In this document: piece by piece, positions 9,586 through 16,740 of the stretch
Layout of the letters: each line of letters begins with the position of its first letter
Position numbering within the stretch: the stretch's first letter is position 1
Source of the DNA: Methanosarcinales archaeon
GTDB taxonomy: Archaea > Halobacteriota > Methanosarcinia > Methanosarcinales > Methanogasteraceae
Length of the DNA: 45,154 bases
Assembly: GCA_021159385.1 (NCBI GenBank)
Contig: JAGGRW010000001.1
Span: 1-45,154, forward strand
Reading direction: 5' to 3'
The notes under the pieces: generated by a model
Databases searched by the model: none
What the model saw: only the letters and a program-made list of their open reading frames with translations
What the model was told of the DNA's origin: nothing
Program-made: the position numbers and the translations under genes

Positions 9586-10847
9586 CTCAACGATCCAACC
9601 GGATCCGTCAGCGTAAATCTGCCGTCCAGAATCATCTCTTTCAATTCGTGTGATAACTCATCCGCTCTCGCCCTGTTTGACTGCCTCAATGTTATGGGAA
9701 CTTCGTTTCCCTCTACATCAATACGTCCCAGATTCCCTTTAAATGCGCGCTCCGGGCACAGATTCAAACAGGCTCCACAGTTAAAGCACCTCGCCCTATC
9801 GATTCCGCCCGACCGTAAAAACGCATTCGTGGGGCAGTAGCTCTCGACCTCGCAGTCGTCGCAACCGATGCATCTCGCTGGATCGAAGTATACTTCCATG
9901 TCAGTGCCCTGCCAGAGGTCTGCATAACTCCCCTCTGCAAACGGTATCCTGTCGTGGATGTCTGCTATCGGCAGTTTCACATCCTCATCCAGAATTTTGA
10001 GGTTGGGCAAGGTGTCTTCAGTAACTATGATCGGAACCGCTATGGACGTTATACAATCTACGCCGTCCGAAGTCCTGAACCCGCCCATGTATTCAGGGTT
10101 CATCCCGCGCATATCAGCAAACACCGAAAGATTCGGCTTTTCCGGGCTGCTTCTCGTTCCGGTGCCAATCACATACCCGGGAGCACCGTTTACCAGTATC
10201 CCGGTCCCAACACCAATTGATTCCCCCAGCGGATCGTTCTCCAGTGGATTGAGTTCACCACAGCCGCTCACAGAAAGTTCCTTGCAGGGTCCCTTCAATC
10301 CGTTGGCAACCGAGAAGATAGTCCTGACAGCATCGCTTCCCTTATTCAGGAATCCCGTATAGTTTTTAACGGAGGTTCTGGTCGTAATAATCCTTGCAAA
10401 CTCCAGATCTTCGAGTGTTACCGTGTTTTCGAATATTTTCCCACCGGAATCCACCTCCACATCGATCTCTCTTCCTTCCACCAGCTCCCGAAACAGGTGC
10501 CCACCACCGTATTCCATCGGTCCGGAGATGCTTGGCGTTGACCCGTACAGAACCGCCTCCACGATTCCAAGATTCTCGTTTGGACATGGACCAGGGGATG
10601 CAGGAACACCGTTTAATAAAACACTCTTTGCACGCGCAAACGCCCCCCTTCCGGCAACAGGTATCGATAAAACGGCTGCTGTGCCTGACATCACGCCGCA
10701 GGTGCCTGTTGTCACCACATCCACATCTCTCGGTGTAATGTCCTCTCCAGCTCTTAACATCCTTTTAAACTCTTCTGCGGTGTAAACAACCGCTTTTCCT
10801 TCCTTTATCCGGTCATTGACCTCTTTTGCGGTATTCATGATCTTCAC
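9582..10847 (-). CDS. comF: DUF39 (COG1900) sulfurtransferase-like protein with C-terminal 2x[4Fe-4S] ferredoxin domain; candidate sulfoacetaldehyde-to-CoM enzyme (MJ1681/ComF-like)
   Basis: The N-terminus is typical of DUF39 homocysteine-biosynthesis-type proteins (KAVVYTAEEF...DVVTTGTCGVMSGTAA...YGGGHLFRELVEG). The C-terminus has two CxxCxxCxxxCP motifs (CIGCDDCEVESYCP, CFNCGACLNLCP). It has a 4-nt overlap with comA. Confidence 0.7.
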   Translation of the reverse strand: MKIMNTAKEVNDRIKEGKAVVYTAEEFKRMLRAGEDITPRDVDVVTTGTCGVMSGTAAVLSIPVAGRGAFARAKSVLLNGVPASPGPCPNENLGIVEAVLYGSTPSISGPMEYGGGHLFRELVEGREIDVEVDSGGKIFENTVTLEDLEFARIITTRTSVKNYTGFLNKGSDAVRTIFSVANGLKGPCKELSVSGCGELNPLENDPLGESIGVGTGILVNGAPGYVIGTGTRSSPEKPNLSVFADMRGMNPEYMGGFRTSDGVDCITSIAVPIIVTEDTLPNLKILDEDVKLPIADIHDRIPFAEGSYADLWQGTDMEVYFDPARCIGCDDCEVESYCPTNAFLRSGGIDRARCFNCGACLNLCPERAFKGNLGRIDVEGNEVPITLRQSNRARADELSHELKEMILDGRFTLTDPVGSLR

Positions 10848-10852
10848 AATCG

Positions 10853-11491
10853 TTACAATCGTACATCCTCAATTCTGACATGGAATCCATCCTTTTTTTC
10901 CAGAATCATATTGATAACGCCGGTATGGCTCAAATCCATCATGCAGAACCCAGGTAAAAACCTCTGCCGCATTCCAAAGACCGGTTCCCTGGCAACAACC
11001 CTTGCAACACCAACAAAGCCAACTACGTGATACGCTTCGATCTCTTTTACCTGTTTGCCTCTCGAATGCGCTGGGCCAACAACGAAACACGTCAAGACTC
11101 CGGTTACGGCATTCGCATCGATCACCCTCATGACGTGCTGCACAGGACAGCCCGATCCCGCAGGTCTGCCGACAACGATGTCGTCCGGGACGATCCCCCA
11201 CTTCTCTACCAGATCCGGTCTGAATGGGAGTATTACCTTTCGTGCAGAGACCTCGCAGGGCATAGGATCAAGAATAAAATCGTAGTCCCTGCCAAGAATG
11301 TCTTTTCCGGAGTAGGAGTCCTTGTCTCGACACAATTCCGTCTCTTCGATTTTTTCTATCTCTTCTCTGTAAAAAGGGCAGTCAAAATAGGATTTTTCGC
11401 CTTTTTGTACCGATATGACAAACTCATCACAACTCTCCACACCACACAGCCCACAGTTTTTTCCGGGCGGATTCCAGCCCATTTCAGCCAT
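10853..11491 (-). CDS. Uncharacterised Cys-rich protein with an N-terminal putative Fe-S cluster motif
   Basis: 212 aa. The N-terminus PPGKNCGLCGVESCDEF...DCPFY resembles the four-Cys putative Fe-S domain found at the N-terminus of RnfB and CFeSP large subunits. I do not recognise the remainder. It lies 5 nt upstream of the comF-like gene. Confidence 0.55.
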   Translation of the reverse strand: MAEMGWNPPGKNCGLCGVESCDEFVISVQKGEKSYFDCPFYREEIEKIEETELCRDKDSYSGKDILGRDYDFILDPMPCEVSARKVILPFRPDLVEKWGIVPDDIVVGRPAGSGCPVQHVMRVIDANAVTGVLTCFVVGPAHSRGKQVKEIEAYHVVGFVGVARVVAREPVFGMRQRFLPGFCMMDLSHTGVINMILEKKDGFHVRIEDVRL

Positions 11492-11492
11492 T

Positions 11493-12209
11493 TCAGTCGC
11501 CCCGATACAGATAATCCGCGTCTTTCAGCCGTCGTATCACGCCAAAATGGTTCTGCCATCCAATATCCTTCTTGCCGATGCAGATCGTACAGACCCCGAG
11601 AGGCGGCTCTCCCTTCAACATCACCTTTTCCTTGTCTATGTCACTAAGGGAGTCTACAATCCTCATCAGATACCGCATCCCGGTCCCTTGCAGCGCATTC
11701 GTCTCTATGATATCGATGTTTCCGTTAACCTCCTTTATCTTCTCTCTGAATACCTCCCTCTCTGCCTGCGAAATCAGATCGATCTTCGTCACAACCGCGA
11801 GATCCGCGAGAGTTATCATCGGACCCATCTTGAGCGGAGTATTGGTTCCGCTGATCGCACTGAGCACCACTATGCCAAGACCCTCTGTGACGTACGGCGA
11901 ACACCGCAGGCACAAGCCCGCGCTCTCAACGATGAGAAGATCAGACTCGTTTTCTTCCGCCCAAACGACCGCATCCCTGAGAACCATGATGCCTGCGTGA
12001 TCCGGGCAGAGATCGCCAGAATAAATCTTTTTCGTCGGGATTCCAAACTCTTTTTTGAGTTCTTCGTCTTCAAAAGCTCTAACGACATCGATCTTCAGGT
12101 AGGATACCTTGTTTTTATTTTTGCTCTTGTTCTGCAAGCCATTTATGATCTGCCTCGTCAATGTGGTCTTTCCGGCAGATGGCGGACCAGCCACGATGAT
12201 CAATCGCAT
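11493..12209 (-). CDS. G3E-family P-loop GTPase, HypB/UreG-like metallochaperone candidate
   Basis: Walker A GPPSAGKT. LCPDHAGIMVLRD resembles the UreG CPH / HypB metal-binding segment. ESAGLCLRCSPY resembles HypB ENVGNLVCP. TKIDL is an NKxD-like motif. The tail contains an extra CTIC pair. Confidence 0.6.
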   Translation of the reverse strand: MRLIIVAGPPSAGKTTLTRQIINGLQNKSKNKNKVSYLKIDVVRAFEDEELKKEFGIPTKKIYSGDLCPDHAGIMVLRDAVVWAEENESDLLIVESAGLCLRCSPYVTEGLGIVVLSAISGTNTPLKMGPMITLADLAVVTKIDLISQAEREVFREKIKEVNGNIDIIETNALQGTGMRYLMRIVDSLSDIDKEKVMLKGEPPLGVCTICIGKKDIGWQNHFGVIRRLKDADYLYRGD

Positions 12210-12967
12210 ATCGATTCCCCCTGCCTTATTTTTTCCCTTATGACGTCCATCCTCTTATCCATCAACATTATCCTTTTGAGAATGGGTTTTTCTTCTTCTT
12301 TAGGTGTCAGAACCTTTTCCACAGCGCCATTCTTCATAACAATCCTTTTGTCAGACAACAGGGCTATGAGTGGGTCATGGGTGACGAAGACCACGGCTTT
12401 TCTGAACCTCTTTACGCACTCTATCACCCTGTCTTTGAATATACCGGCATTTTCGATCTCGTCAAGGAGTATTATGGGCGTATTGCTGATGAGGGTGGCG
12501 TCTGCTATCATCAAAGCTCTGGTCTGACCTCCTGACAACTCTGTCACCTTCATACCAGGCAATATCTTCTCCCCGGTGAATTCATTTGCCAGATCGATTG
12601 TTTTTTGGATCACCTCGCAATCAACCATCTTTCTCGCTCTTGCGTGCATTTCCAGGAAATTTTTTACGAGCAAATCCGCCAAACACTGTGTATTTTGAGT
12701 TATTGAAGCGATCGGCTTCTTTGAAGGGTCCCTTACGTACTCTTCAGGGGGATGCTCACCATTGACCAGAATCGTCCTGCCTGTTACCGTGTCGTGTTGA
12801 GCAAACATCTCGATATCGTTTATGAATGCGCTTTTTCCGGAACCAGTCGGACCGACGATCGAGATCGTTTCGCCGAGTGTGATAACGATGCTGCCGAAAT
12901 CTTCCGCTTCTCCGTCTTTCTTTCTGCCCGGGAGAATTGTGATCTCTTCTATCTCTGCATGTTTCAT
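12200..12967 (-). CDS. Soluble ABC-type ATPase with no transmembrane partner in the operon
   Basis: Walker A GPTGSGKS, Q-loop region QNTQ, signature LSGGQ, Walker B ILLDE and H-loop THD. No permease or substrate-binding gene is adjacent. It is the first gene behind a TATA-like box. Confidence 0.8.
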   Translation of the reverse strand: MKHAEIEEITILPGRKKDGEAEDFGSIVITLGETISIVGPTGSGKSAFINDIEMFAQHDTVTGRTILVNGEHPPEEYVRDPSKKPIASITQNTQCLADLLVKNFLEMHARARKMVDCEVIQKTIDLANEFTGEKILPGMKVTELSGGQTRALMIADATLISNTPIILLDEIENAGIFKDRVIECVKRFRKAVVFVTHDPLIALLSDKRIVMKNGAVEKVLTPKEEEKPILKRIMLMDKRMDVIREKIRQGESICD

Positions 12968-12988
12968 GGCTCTTCATTTAGATAGAGG

Positions 12989-12996
12989 ATTATAAA
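12989..12996 (-). promoter_or_regulatory. TATA-box-like element (TTTATAAT on the minus strand) upstream of the ABC-ATPase/com operon
   Basis: The plus strand reads attataaa at 12989-12996, 22-29 nt upstream of the ATG at 12967. This spacing fits a leaderless or short-leader archaeal transcript. Confidence 0.45.
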
Positions 12997-13043
12997 CATA
13001 TCACCATCACAACCCATCACCGCTCACCGTCGCCACTGCGCCG

Positions 13044-14147
13044 TCACGATTCCGGGTATCTCGCAACGATCTCGTGGTAGTCATCGAACCAGTATGCGCC
13101 AGGATTGCGCTTGAAGACGACGAAACTTCCGATCTGCGCCGGGTCTGCGGACTGATGGTACCTGAAGAAGATGTGCTGATCTGTCATTCCCGCGATCTCG
13201 ATCTTTCCTGTCGAATGCGACATGATCAATCTGGCGCGCTTGGCGAGACCTGCGCAGTCTGTAATCGACTGCTGGAATATCTCGTATGTCTCCTCGACCG
13301 GGACCGCGAAGGTCTTGTTGCCTGCGGTCGGACGGCACTGGAAGACGTAGTAGGGGGCGGCTCCGATGAACGAGAGTTTTTTGAGAAGCAGCGACAGGAC
13401 ACTGGGGTCGTCGTTGACCCCTCGTAGCACCGGCGTCTGGTTGGCGATTATCGCACCTGCCCGGATCAGGGAGTGCACAGCCGCAATGGCGACGTCTGTC
13501 AGTTCCGCAGGGTGATTGAACTGCGTCATCACATAGATCTTCTTTTCAGGAGTTGAGTACTTCCGCACCATTTCAAGGAGGGACGGATCATCAAGGATCC
13601 GATACGGATTAAACGCCGGAATCTTCGTCCCGATACGCAGGATTTTGACGTGGTCGATCTCCCGAAGCTCCCGTATTATCGTTTCCAGCTTGTTTGTGGA
13701 CAGCATCAGAGGATCCCCGCCGGTGATAAGGATGTTGGAGATCTCTTTGTGCGCACGGATGTACCCGATCCCGCCCGCGACATCACGGGAGATCTCGTCA
13801 TGACCGTCTATGAAAAGCCGCTTTCTGAAACAGAACCGGCAGTACCCACCGCACACATCAGTTATCAGAAGAACCGCAGTGGACTTGTATTTGTGTTGCA
13901 GACCCGGAACTCTCGTATACGCGTTCTCGTCTGAAGCGTCCAGTTGCCCCCATTCCTCAAGTTCACGTACGTCCGGTATTATAATGCGTCTTATTGGGTC
14001 GTGGGAATCGTCCCAGTCGATCAGATCGAGGTAGTACTCATTTGCACGGAAAGCGAACTTTTTGGTAACTTCTTTGAGTGCAACTCCTTCGTTGTCGTCG
14101 AGTCCGTGTATTTTTTCAATTTTTGTGGTGTATTTTGGCGTCTTCAT
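13044..14147 (-). CDS. KamA-family radical SAM protein (lysine 2,3-aminomutase-like)
   Basis: CGGYCRFCFRKR is the CxxxCxxC radical SAM motif in KamA context. Also present are HKYKSTAVLLITDVCG, ILITGGDPL and RIGTKIPAFNP. At 367 aa it is shorter than canonical AblA/KamA. Confidence 0.8.
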   Translation of the reverse strand: MKTPKYTTKIEKIHGLDDNEGVALKEVTKKFAFRANEYYLDLIDWDDSHDPIRRIIIPDVRELEEWGQLDASDENAYTRVPGLQHKYKSTAVLLITDVCGGYCRFCFRKRLFIDGHDEISRDVAGGIGYIRAHKEISNILITGGDPLMLSTNKLETIIRELREIDHVKILRIGTKIPAFNPYRILDDPSLLEMVRKYSTPEKKIYVMTQFNHPAELTDVAIAAVHSLIRAGAIIANQTPVLRGVNDDPSVLSLLLKKLSFIGAAPYYVFQCRPTAGNKTFAVPVEETYEIFQQSITDCAGLAKRARLIMSHSTGKIEIAGMTDQHIFFRYHQSADPAQIGSFVVFKRNPGAYWFDDYHEIVARYPES

Positions 14148-14332
14148 GACTCATTCCTCGCTTTTTGAAGAGATATTATCAAGAAAATTCAATGTCGCCG
14201 CATGCGCGTGGTATTCACATTAAATACAGCACCTACTTAAAGGTTTTACCGGCACACTTGAGACTTTTACGAACCAATCCCTCCCGCGCCTCCGAAGATG
14301 TTAAAAGGAAGGCGGCGTATCCAGTGTGACAG

Positions 14333-14707
14333 GTGGCTCGGATGATCGAAATAACAGAAGAAGATTTTAATATAAGTAAAGTAATAGAAGAGGCAGAGAA
14401 TCCGGATGTCGGCGCAGTCGTCACGTTTCTTGGTATCGTCAGGGACGACGGGATCAGTGGCATGGAGATTGCGGTGCATGAAGGCGCAGCCGCGGAGGAA
14501 CTCGGCAAAATACGGGACGAGGCGATGGAACGCTTCGATATCAGGTCTCTTGACATCCGTAACCGCAAGGGGACGCTTCCCATTGGTGGAAAGATACTGC
14601 TCGTCGTCTGCGGTGCTCCGCACAGGAAGGATGCGTTTCTCGCATGTGAATACGTGGTAGACGAACTGCACAAGAGAGTTCCGATACAGAGGAAGGAGCT
14701 ACCGTAA
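14333..14707 (+). CDS. moaE: Molybdopterin synthase catalytic subunit (MoaE)
   Basis: VGAVVTFLGIVRD, RKGTLPIGGKILLVVCGAPHRKDAFLACEYVVDELHKRVPIQRKE matches the MoaE pattern (HR..AF....id.lK...P.wK.E). The ORF opens at a GTG (14333); the ATG at 14342 is the likelier start. Confidence 0.75.
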   Translation: MARMIEITEEDFNISKVIEEAENPDVGAVVTFLGIVRDDGISGMEIAVHEGAAAEELGKIRDEAMERFDIRSLDIRNRKGTLPIGGKILLVVCGAPHRKDAFLACEYVVDELHKRVPIQRKELP

Positions 14708-14727
14708 GCGTCGCCGGAGGGTTAAGG

Positions 14728-15225
14728 GTGCCGATCAAAGCGAATAACGCTCTTTTGCTTCTGGGATGTCCGGAATCGCCGGTTCAGACAGGCATCGCGC
14801 TCTATCTTGCAAGCAGGCTCGGAAAAGAGGGGATCGACGTAACCGTAGCCGGAACACGATCCGCGCTCAACCTTATCAGGATCTCTGACCCGGACGGGCA
14901 CTACGTGGACGGGACCCGCGGGATGGTCGATCTGGATCTCTGCGTAGCGAATCTTGCGGAGAATAAGATCGATTTCGATCTCTCTTTCGGATTCGTCCAC
15001 AACGACGCGGGCGTGTCGTATCTCGCAACCATGCGCAGCATATCGAACGCGAAACTTGTTGCAATCGTCTTCGGGAGCGATGCGGACGCGCTCGCATCGA
15101 GTATGGATTTTGACTGCGAGAAGCTCGTATCAGCGACCGCTCATAATCCGATTCCGCTGAAGAAGAAGATAGACAGGGTGATGATGGACATGGTGATGGC
15201 AGACAGAGTGATGGTAGACGGGTGA
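14728..15225 (+). CDS. Conserved archaeal hypothetical protein (tentatively DUF1890-like)
   Basis: 165 aa with a GTG start. N-terminus LLLLGCPESPVQTGIALYLASRLGKEGIDVTVAGT. The family assignment is from memory only. The C-terminal tail DRVMMDMVMADRVMVDG is encoded by a gtgatgg word repeat. Confidence 0.5.
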   Translation: MPIKANNALLLLGCPESPVQTGIALYLASRLGKEGIDVTVAGTRSALNLIRISDPDGHYVDGTRGMVDLDLCVANLAENKIDFDLSFGFVHNDAGVSYLATMRSISNAKLVAIVFGSDADALASSMDFDCEKLVSATAHNPIPLKKKIDRVMMDMVMADRVMVDG

Positions 15226-15229
15226 TGGC

Positions 15230-15523
15230 ATGGGATGCATAGAGCAGATGAAATACGAGATCATTCTCAAAAATACGACGTTTAGTGAGTGCAGGGAGTA
15301 TGTCCGGAAAAATTTTAAGGAGATTCACGAGGTCAAACCCGGATACAAGATGTTTGACGTTTATCTGATTGGAGTTCCCCCGATTACGATAGGAATCGAT
15401 TCAGAGGACGTGATATTCCCGTACACCAAACCATGCTACGGCACGTTTCTGCTGCGGATACGGGGCGTTGACGAGATCGAGACGCTGCGGGGTGCCGGGA
15501 GTGCCGGAGGCACCCGGCGGTGA
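15230..15523 (+). CDS. Conserved archaeal hypothetical protein (tentatively DUF1894-like)
   Basis: 97 aa starting MGCIEQMKYEIILKN, 4 nt after the preceding gene. Family assignment tentative. Confidence 0.5.
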   Translation: MGCIEQMKYEIILKNTTFSECREYVRKNFKEIHEVKPGYKMFDVYLIGVPPITIGIDSEDVIFPYTKPCYGTFLLRIRGVDEIETLRGAGSAGGTRR

Positions 15524-15601
15524 TCGAGTGTTGGCGGTCAGCGGGCTTCCGGGGTGTTTTGGCGTTTGGATCAATGATTGCCAGACGAGCCTTTCACAAA
15601 C

Positions 15602-15670
15602 ACGAATGACACGTTTAAACGAATCGCACGAATCGATATCGGTAAATTCGTGTCATTCGCCCGATTCGTG
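15602..15670. repeat. Interleaved inverted repeats built from the word cacgaat
   Basis: acgaatgacacg (15602-15613) pairs with cgtgtcattcg (15649-15659). cacgaatcg (15627-15635) pairs with cgattcgtg (15662-15670). The two pairings interleave. Confidence 0.6.
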
Positions 15671-15783
15671 AAATTCATGATAAGTAGTGTGACTAAAACC
15701 ACAGAAAACGATTTATCAGCCCCCAACAACTTGACAGCCACGTTTTAGATAAATTTATTAGGAACGAGTGCATCTGGGGTATT

Positions 15784-16047
15784 ATGTCAATGACAGTTGA
15801 AGTTTCGGATGAAATCCTGAAAACGATCTCCACAATCAATGAAGATGTTCTGCAGGGATTGATCGAAATCGGAGCAAAATGCATGAGAACGGAGCAGGCG
15901 CTGGCGATATTCAAAGAAGGCAAGATATCAATCTGGCGTGCATCCCGAATCGCCGGGCTGCCTTTGCGAGATATGATTGCATACGCATCCGCTCGTGGAT
16001 TTGAACCATCTTATGATGATGAGATGGTTGCAGAGGAACTTGGATGA
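15784..16047 (+). CDS. UPF0175-family antitoxin-like protein
   Basis: 87 aa. ALAIFKEGKISIWRASRIAGLPLRDMIAYASARG is typical of UPF0175. It has a 4-nt ATGA overlap with the downstream PIN-like gene. Confidence 0.7.
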   Translation: MSMTVEVSDEILKTISTINEDVLQGLIEIGAKCMRTEQALAIFKEGKISIWRASRIAGLPLRDMIAYASARGFEPSYDDEMVAEELG

Positions 16048-16577
16048 GTGGGGTCGTATCCAACGCAGGTCCCCTGATCGCACTCGGTAAACTCAATTTA
16101 TTACATCTTCTCAGAGATTTGTATTGTAATGTATATATTCCAAAAATGGTGTATGAGGAGGTCGTAGTAAATGGCACCCGGGTCGGTTGCATAGATGCGT
16201 TTCGTGCCAGATTGCTCATCGGGGACGTACTGATCGTGAAAGAAGCGTCTCCCGCGAGTACAGTCGTCTTCGATGATATTGGAATCGATGAAGGTGAAAT
16301 CGAGACGATTGAACTGTCTATCGCACTCGATGCCGATCTGGTATTGATTGATGATTGGCATGCACGAATCGAGGCAAGGAATCACGGTTTGCATGTGTTA
16401 GGTACACTTGGCATCCTGTACAGTGCATATAAAACCGAACTAATCAATTTCAGAGAATTTGAGGCTGCAATAAAAGAAATTATGCATCGTGGTGATATCT
16501 GGATCAGCAATGATCTGTGTGGGAAGGTGTTGGATGCGGCAGGTGAGTCGAATCCTAACCACGGCATGATCAAGTAG
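16044..16577 (+). CDS. DUF3368-type PIN-like nuclease domain protein (putative toxin)
   Basis: 177 aa. The N-terminus VVSNAGPLIALGKLNLLHLL and the acidic residues (DEGEIETIELS, LIDD) are typical of DUF3368/PIN-like partners of UPF0175. Confidence 0.7.
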   Translation: MSGVVSNAGPLIALGKLNLLHLLRDLYCNVYIPKMVYEEVVVNGTRVGCIDAFRARLLIGDVLIVKEASPASTVVFDDIGIDEGEIETIELSIALDADLVLIDDWHARIEARNHGLHVLGTLGILYSAYKTELINFREFEAAIKEIMHRGDIWISNDLCGKVLDAAGESNPNHGMIK

Positions 16578-16588
16578 TGAGAACCCGC

Positions 16589-16598
16589 CTTTATATAT
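16589..16598 (+). promoter_or_regulatory. Strong TATA-box-like element (cTTTATATAt)
   Basis: A near-consensus archaeal TATA box directly after the PIN-like gene stop. It lies about 140 nt upstream of the preferred cca start at 16741. Confidence 0.45.
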
Positions 16599-16740
16599 CG
16601 GATGCTTCCCCCTCCACTGCGTAAATGTTCGTCGCCGCTCGTTTCGCCACGTTGTAGCATCAATGGTTGGGGGTCAAGTATCGCAGATCATGAACACTTA
16701 TGTAAGCCGACAGAAGATACGTGAAAGGCGAGAAAAGACC

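Noticed and set aside
11415-12527. 370-aa ORF on the plus strand
   Set aside because: It is antisense to the GTPase and ABC ATPase genes, which carry clear Walker and signature motifs. It has no motifs of its own.
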